Assembly: GCF_036588685.1 (NCBI RefSeq)
Contig: NC_086386.1
Span: forward strand, 35,588,001-35,652,000
DNA: 64,000 nucleotides
Source of the DNA: Mytilus trossulus
Lineage: Eukaryota
Direction: 5' to 3'
Program-made: the position numbers and the translations under genes
Shown here: one piece after another, positions 12,801-22,799 of the stretch
How the letters are laid out: each line of letters opens with the position of its first letter
Position numbering within the stretch: position 1 is the stretch's first letter
The notes under the pieces: model-generated
Database searches by the model: none
Seen by the model: the letters and a program-made list of their open reading frames with translations, nothing else
Told to the model about the DNA's origin: nothing

Positions 12801-15800
12801 TTATTTATGGGTACGGCAAATAATGCCTTCACCTTGAGCACTTCGATTAAAACAAATTGCTGTAACTGTCCTATTAGAATCAAAATAATTCATGGGGGCT
12901 TGAATATATCTTGATTTTACCACGGGTTGTCCCTTTATGCTGATATTTTACCCCTCGTTATCACTCAGGGTAAAAAAATTGTTATAAAGGGCCAACCCGT
13001 GGTAAAATCACGATATATTCAAGCCCCCGTGAATTATTTCTTAAATATAAAATCAGTTCATGATTGAAAAAAAAGTGGTGGCCTTCAGCTATTATCTGCT
13101 CTTTGGTCAGGTTTTAGTCTCTTTGACATATTCCCTATTTTCATTCTCAATTTGATAAAACTAAATATTTTTTTTATTCCCAACCGAAAATCACTGGTGG
13201 GAAAAATTACTCACTCATCAACTGGTCCATGATATTTAGGACTTGGTACAAACATAATTTTAAAGTTTTCAGCTTTTCCCTTTGCATCATGCATCAGTAT
13301 ATCAAATGGAGTTGATGCTGGTTTTGTTGTGTAAGTAAAATTTCCATCATCAAACTTCACTATCATAGAATTTGGTACTAAGTGGTTGCCAAAAACTACT
13401 CTTCCCTGAAAAACAGCAAAACAATATCTCCGTTATTCTAGGAACAACATTCAATAATCGATGGCAATATATTGAAGAGTCAAAATTTATCAAAGATACC
13501 AGGATGTAAATGTGAAACAAGATTTGTGCTTCATCTACAAAAGAATCATAAGTGGCACTCAAATCAAAATAGTTTGAAAACTGAATCTGTTACAAACTTG
13601 AACTCTTTCATCTTTAAATCTTGAAATATTTCAGGATGAGTTAGAGCTGTTTTCTATAGTAAAAATACTTAGAGCTGTAAACTGTGTTCAAATTTGCCAT
13701 ATTTTACTATCCTTATTATAAAAACATCTGTACACAGTAGTTTGAGGTGTTGACGGTTTTTAGCTAGAAGATTTATTTGTTACAGAAAACCATCAACGTA
13801 CTGATGTTTACTGATGTTTACTTGTACTTCTTGGTTTACCTGTACCGTGTTTACCCAAGAAGTCCATGAAAACTGATACCCCACTACTACTAATTAATCC
13901 ATAGAATCAAAGGAGTTAGCCATACATACAGAATTTATTTGTACTTTGATGACAGGAATCAAATCTCTCCACATGAATTCTTTCTTGCTGACAGATCTGA
14001 AATAATTTTATTTATAATAAATACAATAAGGACATATCACACATTGGAATAATAATAGCACCCGTATTAAGCTTTTTGAGACAAGTCCATTCTTTCAAAA
14101 TTCCAACCTACAATGTAGCTAGCCACTGGTTGGTAGTATTTTACCCATAAATCTTATTAATTTTATCATGATTTTGCTATAGTTTTAATATTGTATATAT
14201 AGACTGACAGCCTAGAAGGCAGAGTGGTCTAGATGGCTGGACAAAGTATAGGCAATGTTGTCATGATATCACAATAGCCATGATAGTATGAGTTTAAATC
14301 CCATCGAGCGAAGACTAAAAATTTGCAGATTTAACATTGTTGTGCTGATATTTAGAGTACTGTGGATTCATTTATTTTTGTGGGTACCAATTTTCGTGGT
14401 TTGAGGAAAACTTACATATTCGTGGATATTTAATTTCGTTGTTTTGGCAAAGTCTACACTCATTCCTTTACAAAATTTGTATTTCGTTGAACATTTAAAT
14501 TCGTGGTTTTCCTGTACCCACGAAATTTGGTATTCAACGGATATTAATGAATCCACAGTAATTATGAATATAAAAGTGTTTTTCAGCCATGAATCATTTT
14601 GTTATTGTTTCCTCAACTTATTCATTTTGTTCTTGATTTTGCCTTGTAGATAATATATATTACTTTTTATTTTCACTGTTTAGAATATAAGTTATAGAAT
14701 TATTTTGTACTTTGTTTCCTCATCTGATTCATTTTGTTCTTGATTCCTCATCTTAATCATTTTGTTCTTGATTTCTCATCTTATTCATTTTGTTTTTGTT
14801 TTTATCATAGTCTTTCAAATTGATTGGACTTCAACTTCATCAAAAACTACCTCGACCAAAAACTTTAACCTGAAGTGGGACGAACGAACGGACGAACGAA
14901 CGGACGAACGGAGGCACAGACCAGAAAACATAATGCCCCTCTACTATCGAAATGACCTTGTGTAAACTGGAAGTAGGTATTTTTGGGACTTTATTAATAT
15001 AAAAGTATATAGAACCAGATATTTTTGGAATCAGTGTGAAGTAAATATTTAAATATTATCGGAAGTAACATTTTTCAACCGTAAATCATCTCCCTAATTT
15101 GAATAAAAAGGTATAGAAACCATATATTTTTGGAATCAGCGTACAACAAGCTATCTTTTAACGATTGGAATGACATTTTAAACTTAATTTTACATCTTTC
15201 GTATTAAAACACTTTGTTTTTGGTGGAAAGACCTTCAATTGTTCTCTGAACAATTGGTTTTTAATTCATTTTGTTTTTGTTTTTGCCTTGTAAATATCAT
15301 ATATTACCTTTTCTTTTCACCGTCTTGGTTATTATCTTTTGAATCATTTTGAACTTCATCATCGTTATCTAATTTGCCAGAAAATAATTTTTCTAGATTT
15401 GAGTAATTGACAGATCTGTTATAAATGTGAACCTCAAGGTCATCCAAAAATATGGCAACTCTACATTCCATATGTGACAAATCTAAAAAAAAAAAAATAA
15501 AAAAAATTAGTAATCTTTATTTAAAAAAAAAAATCATGTCATGCTCTAATATAATTTTAACATTGGTAGGTTGAAAAATTGTCAATATATCTTGATAAAT
15601 CTTCACATTAAACTAAGCATTTACTAAGCAACACTATTGAGTCTCAATACCAGTTGTTAAAATCTTAAGCTATGGATGAACGTTGTAAAGTTAAGGACCT
15701 TTTCTATTATTACTTTGTATATTGTGTATACATATGTTCAGAACCATATGAGTATTTGTTCAAAACATTCGTAAAAAATATGTTCTGTCCCTGTATTCTT

Positions 15801-18177
15801 TGGTATTGTCATTTCCTTTGATTAGGAGCAGGATCAAAACATTAAATAATTAAAAATAATTAGATTTTTTTTAGAAATTTGAATTAAATAAACTCAAACC
15901 TAAACTGCATTTGTTTATGCATATCCTATTTCAGGAACAGTTGTAGTTTGTTTATAAGTCATTAAGTACTTCTCTTTTTGAAGTTTTCTTTTCTTTTTTA
16001 ATATATTTTCTTAGACCGTTGGTTTTCCTGTTTGAATAGTTTTACACTAGGTACTTTAGGGTCCGTTATAGCTCACTGTTTAGTATGAGCAAAGGCTCTG
16101 TATTGAACGCCATACTTTGACCTATAACGGTTTACTTTTTACACATTGTGACTTGGATGGAGAGACATCTTATTGGCACTCATACCACATATTCTGAATT
16201 TTTTTTTTATAACTTTATCTTTTAAGTAAAAGTCACTTTATTTCATCATGTTCATTAATCATGTAAAAATAAATTCCCATATGATAAATGTAAACAAATC
16301 AATATTTTATTCTTAGTATGAAACTCTTAGTTTGTGATACCTTGAAGGGTCATACATATACAGACAGTACATTTACAGTCACTTTTCAACATGCATCAAA
16401 GTAACTAACTGGACAGTATATATGGTCCAAATATTCAAATGGTCCAGGACATACAAATAACATAATAATTTTTTTTATTTCTTACCTTCTTTAATAGTTT
16501 TGGGTATAAAAGGTCTCCACCATTTAAATATAATCCATCCATTTTGAATTCTCATTGTAAAATCTTCAGTTATTAGATGTACATCTCTGAACATTATTTT
16601 TCCAGATAAAACAGAAAAAGAAAGGGAACCTGCAGAAAAACACAATAAAAAAGTTGCCAGGACTATCTGTATATAAAAGGTGCCATCCTGATTATCCAAT
16701 ATTTTGATAATTACATATAAATCAGTATGATTGAAACCACTGGTGGAAAAAGTGCAAGAGCTACATGTATGTGCAGAAAATTCCAAAAAAAATCATATTG
16801 GCCAGACATGACCTATACTGAAATGGGTTTTCCCAAAATGGCAGATTGGGATTCTTGTTACAATATGTTTGTTTTCCAAATATAAATTTTAGTCATTTCC
16901 TTGAGGATTGGGTTTTCAACCTTGCTTAAAATTGCACTATTTGTTGTTTTGCAATGCTTTAATGGTAATAAACCTGCCACTCAGGTATATTACAATGATC
17001 CTGAGGACCCTCAAGCTCCTTCTTACCCTAATGAATCCCTCTAGGAAATACTGGTTAATAGTTATAATGTGTACATAGCTTGCTGTTTGGTGTGAGCAAA
17101 GGCACTGTGTTCAAGACCATACTTTGACCAATAAAAGTTTACATGGTATCACAAATTGTGACTTGGATGGAGAGATGTCTCAATGGCTCTTATACCGCAT
17201 CTTCTTATATCTGTGTACCTGACAGTAGTGATCAAGCTTAAAACTTATATCATTAAGAAATTCCATTCCATGACAAGTTACTTTTTTATCTAATGCCTCT
17301 TCAGCATAACCTGTAATTTGTGAATAACATGAATAACTTCTTTATATTTTGTACACCTGTTTATATGTCCATATTCCCCTCTATCTGGTAAATGACGTCA
17401 TAAAGGCGTGCATAATTGACGAATTTTTTTCCCTGATGGATGAACTTGAATGTGGTCTATTGATAACTGTAATGGATAGTGAGTGCCTATTTACTTTGCC
17501 TCTACTTTTACTAGAAAAAGGATACCATTAACAAACTGAATTGAATTGTATGGGCATTTAGTGCTTTGCTTGCCCATGCTATGCTTTTATGTATGAAAAT
17601 ATTTGCTTCTGCAATATAGCAGTCATACTTTGTATATCTAAAGTGTATGTTTTAATAAATATTGTATGTGTTGTTAATGTTTTAAATGAGGCAAAAGCCC
17701 TAAAGAGCTTATGTGCCCTAAAGAGCTTATGTGTTATAAATGTTTCTTGTAAACACAGTTTAGAACATAATTTATTATTCTAGTTCTCTTTCTTTCCAAT
17801 GAATATTTTGCCATCATCCTTGTGCGCATACAGACCCCACCCCTTTCCACATAATGTTTGAATATTATCATGATTATATTTGGAAATATTGTAAACTTTA
17901 AAAAAAAACAGACCAAGTTAAAACCGAGTTAGTTCTCACCTAATCTGATGTGTCCAAAATTAGTAAATCTATTGATGACTGCTGTAAGGATAAGACCAAC
18001 CACTCTTGAGTTGTAAAAAGTCAGATATATCACCCAGATCTGTGCCAAAACAATGGATAAGAAGAACCAGTACCATTTTGAATCAGATAACTGGTCCTGG
18101 ATATCTTGAATGAGATTAGGGCCCTTTTCTGTGTTGTTTTTCAGATCTACTTCTAGTGACAACATTGTTAAAATCAT
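623..18177 (-). CDS. BLTP1: Bridge-like lipid transfer protein 1 (KIAA1109/tweek/LPD-3 orthologue), 5' part: 15 coding exons, continues beyond window start
   Basis: Hand-spliced GT-AG exons 17940-18177, 16486-16629, 15308-15482, 13930-13996, 13215-13405, 11408-11487, 10548-10689, 9921-10077, 9288-9458, 8919-9036, 8406-8561, 7825-7922, 5909-6072, 4153-4474, 623-814 total 2415 nt (805 codons) with consistent phases. The protein has an N-terminal TM then IYLTFYNSRVVGLILT...GSLSFSVLSGKIMFR...WRDLIPVIKV...GRVVFGNH...NYGPWADRQR, matching the KIAA1109 N-terminus as I recall it. The start may instead be the ATG at 18165. Confidence 0.93.
1713..2963. mobile_element. Non-autonomous Helentron-type (HINE-like) element with an internal ~120-bp tandem array
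   Basis: Sub-terminal inverted repeat AAGTCTCCCAAACAAAG (~1746) / CTTTGTTTGGGAGACTT (~2947) encloses about seven to eight copies of a unit containing TACAAGAATATATATGGTTTAGGGGTGGGGAT. The family assignment is inference from architecture. Confidence 0.55.
4153..4474 (-). CDS. BLTP1: BLTP1 exon 14
   Basis: EGWIDCWTT...YTYHPMP...FDPANMEPD...YGSLLRNFLHVK; TAG acceptor, GTGAGT donor. Confidence 0.9.
4869..5848. mobile_element. Nested pair of MITEs with TA-CTGTGGATTCAT termini
   Basis: Left ends TACTGTGGATTCAT at 4869 and ~4948; right ends ATGAATCCACAGTA at ~5751 and ATGAATCCACA at ~5846. Confidence 0.6.
5909..6072 (-). CDS. BLTP1: BLTP1 exon 13
   Basis: GENAYCRFYLPESNTSR...QWRRFT; AAG acceptor, GTAGG donor. 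Confidence 0.85.
6584..6699. repeat. Palindromic (fold-back) repeat; second copy at ~28045-28130
   Basis: ATATTTATCCACTCTCGACAGTTAAATTTT ... AAAATTTAACTGTCGAGAGTGGATAAATAT. Confidence 0.7.
6860..7805. mobile_element. HINE-like element with larger internal units and a 29-bp tandem repeat (~7195-7312)
   Basis: TTGAGCCT..AAAAG..GAGACT motif near both ends; (TGTACCAAACTTGGACAGAAGCCTGGGTT) x4. Confidence 0.55.
7825..7922 (-). CDS. BLTP1: BLTP1 exon 12
   Basis: HIAFAGQTLDLSLVLPYTDYLP; TAG acceptor, GTGAGT donor. Confidence 0.88.
8406..8561 (-). CDS. BLTP1: BLTP1 exon 11
   Basis: DLMEDWSS...FVPYTW...NEYNWID; CAG acceptor, GTACA donor. Confidence 0.88.
8919..9036 (-). CDS. BLTP1: BLTP1 exon 10
   Basis: ASYPLTWNDHQDWVC...KATVFLIFHLKHFF; CAG acceptor, GTGAGT donor. 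Confidence 0.9.
9288..9458 (-). CDS. BLTP1: BLTP1 exon 9
   Basis: ETQAIHMNANPGSYIEMNIPW...TSLQYRSL; AAG acceptor, GTAGGT donor. Confidence 0.88.
9921..10077 (-). CDS. BLTP1: BLTP1 exon 8
   Basis: ELLWKFFYPADYQ...STIDILFTKN; CAG acceptor, GTAAGT donor. Confidence 0.9.
10548..10689 (-). CDS. BLTP1: BLTP1 exon 7
   Basis: CGKNTDFNYGPWADRQR; TAG acceptor, GTACA donor. Confidence 0.88.
11035..11250 (+). repeat. Retrozyme-type repeat with a degenerate type I hammerhead (11175-11218)
   Basis: gcgtca CTGATCA gtct-tatgt-acac AAAAT gcgc GTC tggcgt; core mutated. Confidence 0.65.
11408..11487 (-). CDS. BLTP1: BLTP1 exon 6
   Basis: PPRNMGEGFVVLQTRNINVHLFMDEPG; TAG acceptor, GTAGGT donor. Confidence 0.88.
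11804..13044. mobile_element. Head-to-tail dimer of a ~620-bp element, each unit ending in a ~160-bp palindrome
   Basis: Units start ATTCTAACATGACGTCC (11804, 12420) and end GAATTATTTCTTAA (12420, 13044); hairpins at 12258-12416 and ~12882-13040. Confidence 0.75.
13215..13405 (-). CDS. BLTP1: BLTP1 exon 5
   Basis: GRVVFGNHLVPNSMIVKFDDGNFTYTTKP...FVPSPKY; CAG acceptor, GTGAGT donor. Confidence 0.9.
13930..13996 (-). CDS. BLTP1: BLTP1 exon 4
   Basis: FMWRDLIPVIKVQINS; CAG acceptor, GTATGT donor. Confidence 0.85.
14358..14560. mobile_element. MITE with TA target duplication (Tc1/mariner-like)
   Basis: TA-CTGTGGATTCATT ... AATGAATCCACAG-TA; same family as 4869-5848. Confidence 0.75.
15308..15482 (-). 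CDS. BLTP1: BLTP1 exon 3
   Basis: DLSHMECRVAIFLDDLEVHIYNRS; TAG acceptor, GTAAT donor. Confidence 0.88.
16486..16629 (-). CDS. BLTP1: BLTP1 exon 2
   Basis: GSLSFSVLSGKIMFRDVHLITEDFTMRIQNGWIIFKWW; CAG acceptor, GTAAG donor. Confidence 0.92.
17940..18177 (-). CDS. BLTP1: BLTP1 coding exon 1 (TM anchor)
   Basis: WYWFFLSIVLAQIWVIYLTFYNSRVVGLILT; GTGAG donor at 17939. Confidence 0.9.
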
Positions 18178-18294
18178 ATTGTAAGGTTGTTTTTGGAAGG
18201 CTGGTCTTATGAATTAGAAATGATTATGTACAACCCCAACTCTCAAAACTGAAATCATGTTTTCCATGTTTTTTGTGTGTATTTGCAGAGAATG

Positions 18295-18500
18295 ACAGTC
18301 ACCGCCATTTTTGTATATTCAACAATTTATGTTTCATAATGAGAAAAGTTGCTTCATGTTGATCATTTTTGCATAAAACGTTTGTTTTCCTTCAGATTTG
18401 ACGTTCAATGAAAACAGGGGAGATCATAGCAGTCGAAACGGAAGTAAGTTTCTACTTCCTGTCATTGAATCGCTGTAAAGTTAGAAAACGCGGGAAATAT
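18295..18500 (-). promoter_or_regulatory. Putative BLTP1 housekeeping-type promoter (YY1 and ETS motifs)
   Basis: AAAATGGCGG (YY1-type) on the minus strand at ~18302-18311; CGGAAGT at ~18439 and CTTCCTG at ~18455, 130-280 bp upstream of the ATG. Confidence 0.45.
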
Positions 18501-19055
18501 AAATAAGACTCACTTCAGTACGAGTCGACATGAGTTTATACTGTACCTGTGTAGATCAACTGTGGTTCAAACAAATGAGAAAGGCTTAATAGCAAAGATT
18601 AAAATGTAAAAAAAAAAAAAAAAATATTAATAAAGAATACTTTTCATTTTTCCATTGCAAAGGGACTTGTCTCTCTATAGATACTGTATTGGAAAATAAT
18701 ATACTTTATTTTTTTTAATTTTTTTTTTACATTTTACTTCAGTTTAAAAAAAAAAGGTTTATACTACTAATTGTTAACGAGGCTGGTATAAGGTATTGCC
18801 GGGTATTCTTTACTGTGACGGGCATTCGACCACGAGATACGCGTCAATCCATTAACATGATCAAACAAGACAGAACTGTATTATTCTGGCCTTTTGTAGT
18901 CTTGTAGTCTTGTAATTTTTTTTAGTCCATTTATATATTAAGGAGTTAAGTATGACGTCCATTATCGCTAAACTAGTGACACTTTTTTGTTTTGAGGGCC
19001 AGCTAAAGCACGCCTTCGGGTGCGGGATTTTCTCGCTGTGCTAAAGACCCATATA

Positions 19056-19258
19056 TGAGGGGGGATAGGAGGGGTCCTGATCCCGAAATCCCGGGCTTAA
19101 AAACACTAAATCCCGAGATCCCGAAATTAAATAAAGTAAATCCCGGCATCCCGAAATCCGAAAAAAAGAATTCCCGGATCCCGAAAGGGTCAATCCCGAA
19201 ATCCCTAGCTTAAAAACAGCCGATCCCGGAGTCCCGATAAAGGTCCTATCCCTCCTCA
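19056..19258. mobile_element. MITE with internal ATCCCG repeats, inserted into another interspersed repeat
   Basis: TGAGGGGGGATAGGA / TCCTATCCCTCCTCA termini flanked by TATA on both sides; the host repeat resumes on either side. Confidence 0.65.
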
Positions 19259-19615
19259 TATATGTGGCATTTGACTGTTTTCTGCTCTTTGGTTGGGTTG
19301 TTATGTCTTTGACACTATCCCCATGTCTATTCTCAAAATGAAATAGTGTATTATGTATGACACAACTCTCATCGATTATCGTTGGGTAAAATATAAAATC
19401 CCGTGGCAGGGGTGACAAAAGTTTGAAAATGTGAAGATTCAACCACCTACGATAGTAGAGGGGCATTATGTTTTCTGTTCTGTGAGTCCGTTCGTCCGTC
19501 CGTTCGTCCGTCTGTCCCGTGTCAGGTTAAAGTTTTTGGTCAAAGTAGTTTTTGATGAAGTTGAAGTCCAATTAACTTGAAAGAGTTATCAAAGGTACCA
19601 GGATTATAATTTAGT

Positions 19616-19662
19616 ACGCCAGACTTCGCGCGTTTCGTCTACATAAGACTCATCATTGGCGC
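19616..19662 (-). ncRNA. Minimal type I hammerhead ribozyme motif (C3 mutated), within retrozyme fragment ~19584-19698
   Basis: Reverse strand: gcgcca aTGATGA gtct-tatgt-agac GAAAC gcgcgaa GTC tggcgt. Confidence 0.6.
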
Positions 19663-21739
19663 TCATTTCAAAATATTTATAAACCAAACAAGTACAACTT
19701 AGTACACATGTTCCCTATGATATGATTTTTCTAATTTTAATGCCAAATTATAGTTTTGACACCAATTTCACCGCCCACTGAACACAGAAAATGATAGTGC
19801 GTGTGGGGCATCCGTGTACTATGGACACATTCTTGTGTTATGTTAACGGATTGCAGCGTAACTCGTTATCGAATACCGGTCATCAATTGTATGTGTTGTT
19901 TTTTTTGCGCAAATGATACTATGTAGTTTTAAAACAGGTGGCGGCAAATGCAGGGGGGGGGGGGGGCACTTCAAACTTTTTTGGGTAGGGGTGAGCAGCT
20001 GAGACATCAAGTACCCTACCCTTTTCATATATTTTGTTTATCAAAAATATATACCTTGTCATATATTAATGAACAAAAAACAGACCTATCGATATATTTG
20101 GATATTTTTCATCTTCTGATACATTAGAGTTTACAAAAATTTTGAGGTCCCGCTCATTTTACGTTTTTGTTTAGAAGCAACGCAGTCGCAATAATCACAC
20201 ATTGCTTTTCCAATAAATTCTTCACTTTTCTTTTTGCCAGTGCTATTTGCCCCTTTTATAACTTTAATTATGAAGAAATTTCAATTTGAAAAGACAATAA
20301 TGTTTTATCAGATAATTGTAGTAACACTTCAGATAGTATCACTTTTACTGAGTTTACATTAATTAAAAACTGATTTGTCGTTTCCTCTTGAAGGACGCTG
20401 ACACTATGCTATGGAATTTGAAACTGTCTAAAATGCAGGTTGCGGGTTGCGGGTTGCGGGTCGCGGGTTGCAGGTTGCGGGTTGCAGGTTGCCACAAGCA
20501 TAAGCATGGGATGGTGTATGCTACGTAATTTTACTTGTTTCACTTGTTATAACAATTTTATGATCAATGTTAAAGGCATGGTCGTCAATTACAATACACA
20601 TCATTCTTGTGTAAATAAACTTACAACTAAAAATAGAAATCTATCAATTTACATTAATTACAATATCTTGATGGGCATCAAGACTTGACACGGTTTTTAT
20701 TTTAAGTGGTAAATTAAAGACTTTGCCTTTAAACTAGATATATATGTACATCATTGTATATATTTTTGATTAACAGTGTTTCTGGATTCTTTAGCTAAGT
20801 TCTATTGCATTCTTAGCAAGGATCCTTCTCAAAAGTCTACCTATTCGAAGTCTTCTTTTTTTTCGCTTGATGCTCCTTTTAAATTTTTACTGGTTTATAA
20901 ATAGGCTATGAAAGGCATTCTTTTTATAGTAACGTGTTGCAGGGGAAATAGAAATACAGAGCGTCTGTTCAAACAAAAACAAAAGCCAGATAGACCGTCT
21001 GTTCTAACAATAACAAAAGCCAGATAGACCGGGGAAGAAAGGACTATGACAAGTTCTAAAAAGGTTGACGTATTAAAAAGAGTTATGCCCCTAAAAAGTA
21101 TTATTTATTTTTAGAAAATATTCTGTGAGCTGACCATATACATGCACGTATCTCTGGGTTTTTTTTTGTTGCTGTCCTTGAGTAAAGTTTCAAAGAAACA
21201 ACGTTTTAGTTTGACTTGGGAGCTCAGAGAAACTATGATAATTGCAAAAGACAAGCAAAAATTCTGAATCACTGAATACAGACCATCAAACAGAGCTGTC
21301 CCTTCTGCCAAAACAAATCTCAATTTTTTGGAAAACATTTGAAATACTCTGAAGAGCCTCTAGGATTTTCTGGATGATAACTTGGACATGTCTTCCCATT
21401 TGAAAATTTCTGTACTCGGTCTTGTCTTTCATGTATTGTCAAAATATTAATTTACATGTATAAACATAAGAATTGCACCTCCAATTTTCATCAGGACGCA
21501 AAAATGAGCCAACTTGACCGTTTATGTGTTGAAGATCGTATTGTTAAATAATACTGCTTACTTAAACTTCATTGTCTTGGATTGAGAGTTGTCTCATTGA
21601 CACTCGTACCACATCTTCTTATGTGTGTACTAGTGTTGTACCCATGTTGTTTTTGTATCAGTGTTATATGTCTACTAACCTCTAGTTTTCAACTTTATTA
21701 TTATTTATAACAACTGTCACATACATTTAACATTTACCA

Positions 21740-22703
21740 AGAAAACTAAACATTGATCAATGCACCATGCCAGACAGACAGACATGTACAGCTAACAATT
21801 CTTCCGTACAACAAATATAGTTGACCTATTACTTATAAATTAAGAAAAACAGACCAAAACATAAAAACTTGACACTGAGCAATGAACCGTGAAAATGAGG
21901 TCATGGGCAAATAAAACCTGCGCGGCTGACATCATATCACGTCACGACATAGATCATAAAATATTTCCATACACCAAATATAGGTGACCTATTGCATATA
22001 GTCATAGTGTAAGAAAAAAAACCAAAACTCCAAAACTTAAGTTTGACCACCGAACCATGAAAATGAGGTCAAGGTCTAGACATGTAATCTTTACAATTGT
22101 TCCATACATGAAATATAGCAGTCCTATCGCATACAGTATAAGAAAAATAGACCAAAACACAAACACTTTACTATAACCACTGAACCATGAACATGAGGCC
22201 AAGGTCAGATGACACCTGCCAGTTGGACATGTGCACCTTACAGTCCATCCATAAACCAAATATAACTAGACCTATTGCTTATGGTACCGGAGATATGCAA
22301 TTGACCACCAAAACTTAACTTTGTTCACTGTTCCGTGAAATGAGGTCCAGGTCAAGTGAAAACTGTCTGACGGGCATGAGGACCTTGCAAGGTACTCTAC
22401 GCACATACCAAATATATTATCCTATTACTTATAATAAGAGTAATTTAACATTACAAAAAATCTTTACTTTTTTTTTCAAGTACTGATCTGTAGTCACTGA
22501 ACCCTGAAAATGAGATGAAGGACATTTGACATGTGTATGACAGAAACTTCGTATCATGAGGCATCTATATACAAAGTTTGAATCACAAGGTCTTCCACCT
22601 TCTAAAATATAAAGCGTTTAAGAAGTTAGCTAACGCCGACGCCGGATCACTTTCCATGCCTATTTCGAGCTTTCTGCTACAAAAGTCTCAGGCTCGACAA
22701 AAA
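21740..22703 (+). mobile_element. HINE-like element with ~150-bp tandem units, inside the MULE
   Basis: Repeated AACCATGAAAATGAGGTCAAGGTC units; terminal GAGCTT..AGGCTC hairpin followed by an A-run. Confidence 0.55.
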
Positions 22704-22799
22704 GTAAGAGAAGGAAAGTTGTTTATTTATCTTTATTCTTATTTATGAAACAAAGTCATGAGGTAGTTCAAAAGAACAACTAATACAACTGGAATGTCT

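Noticed and set aside
19041-19466. 141-aa ORF
   Set aside because: It runs across three abutting repeats, including the ATCCCG-rich MITE.
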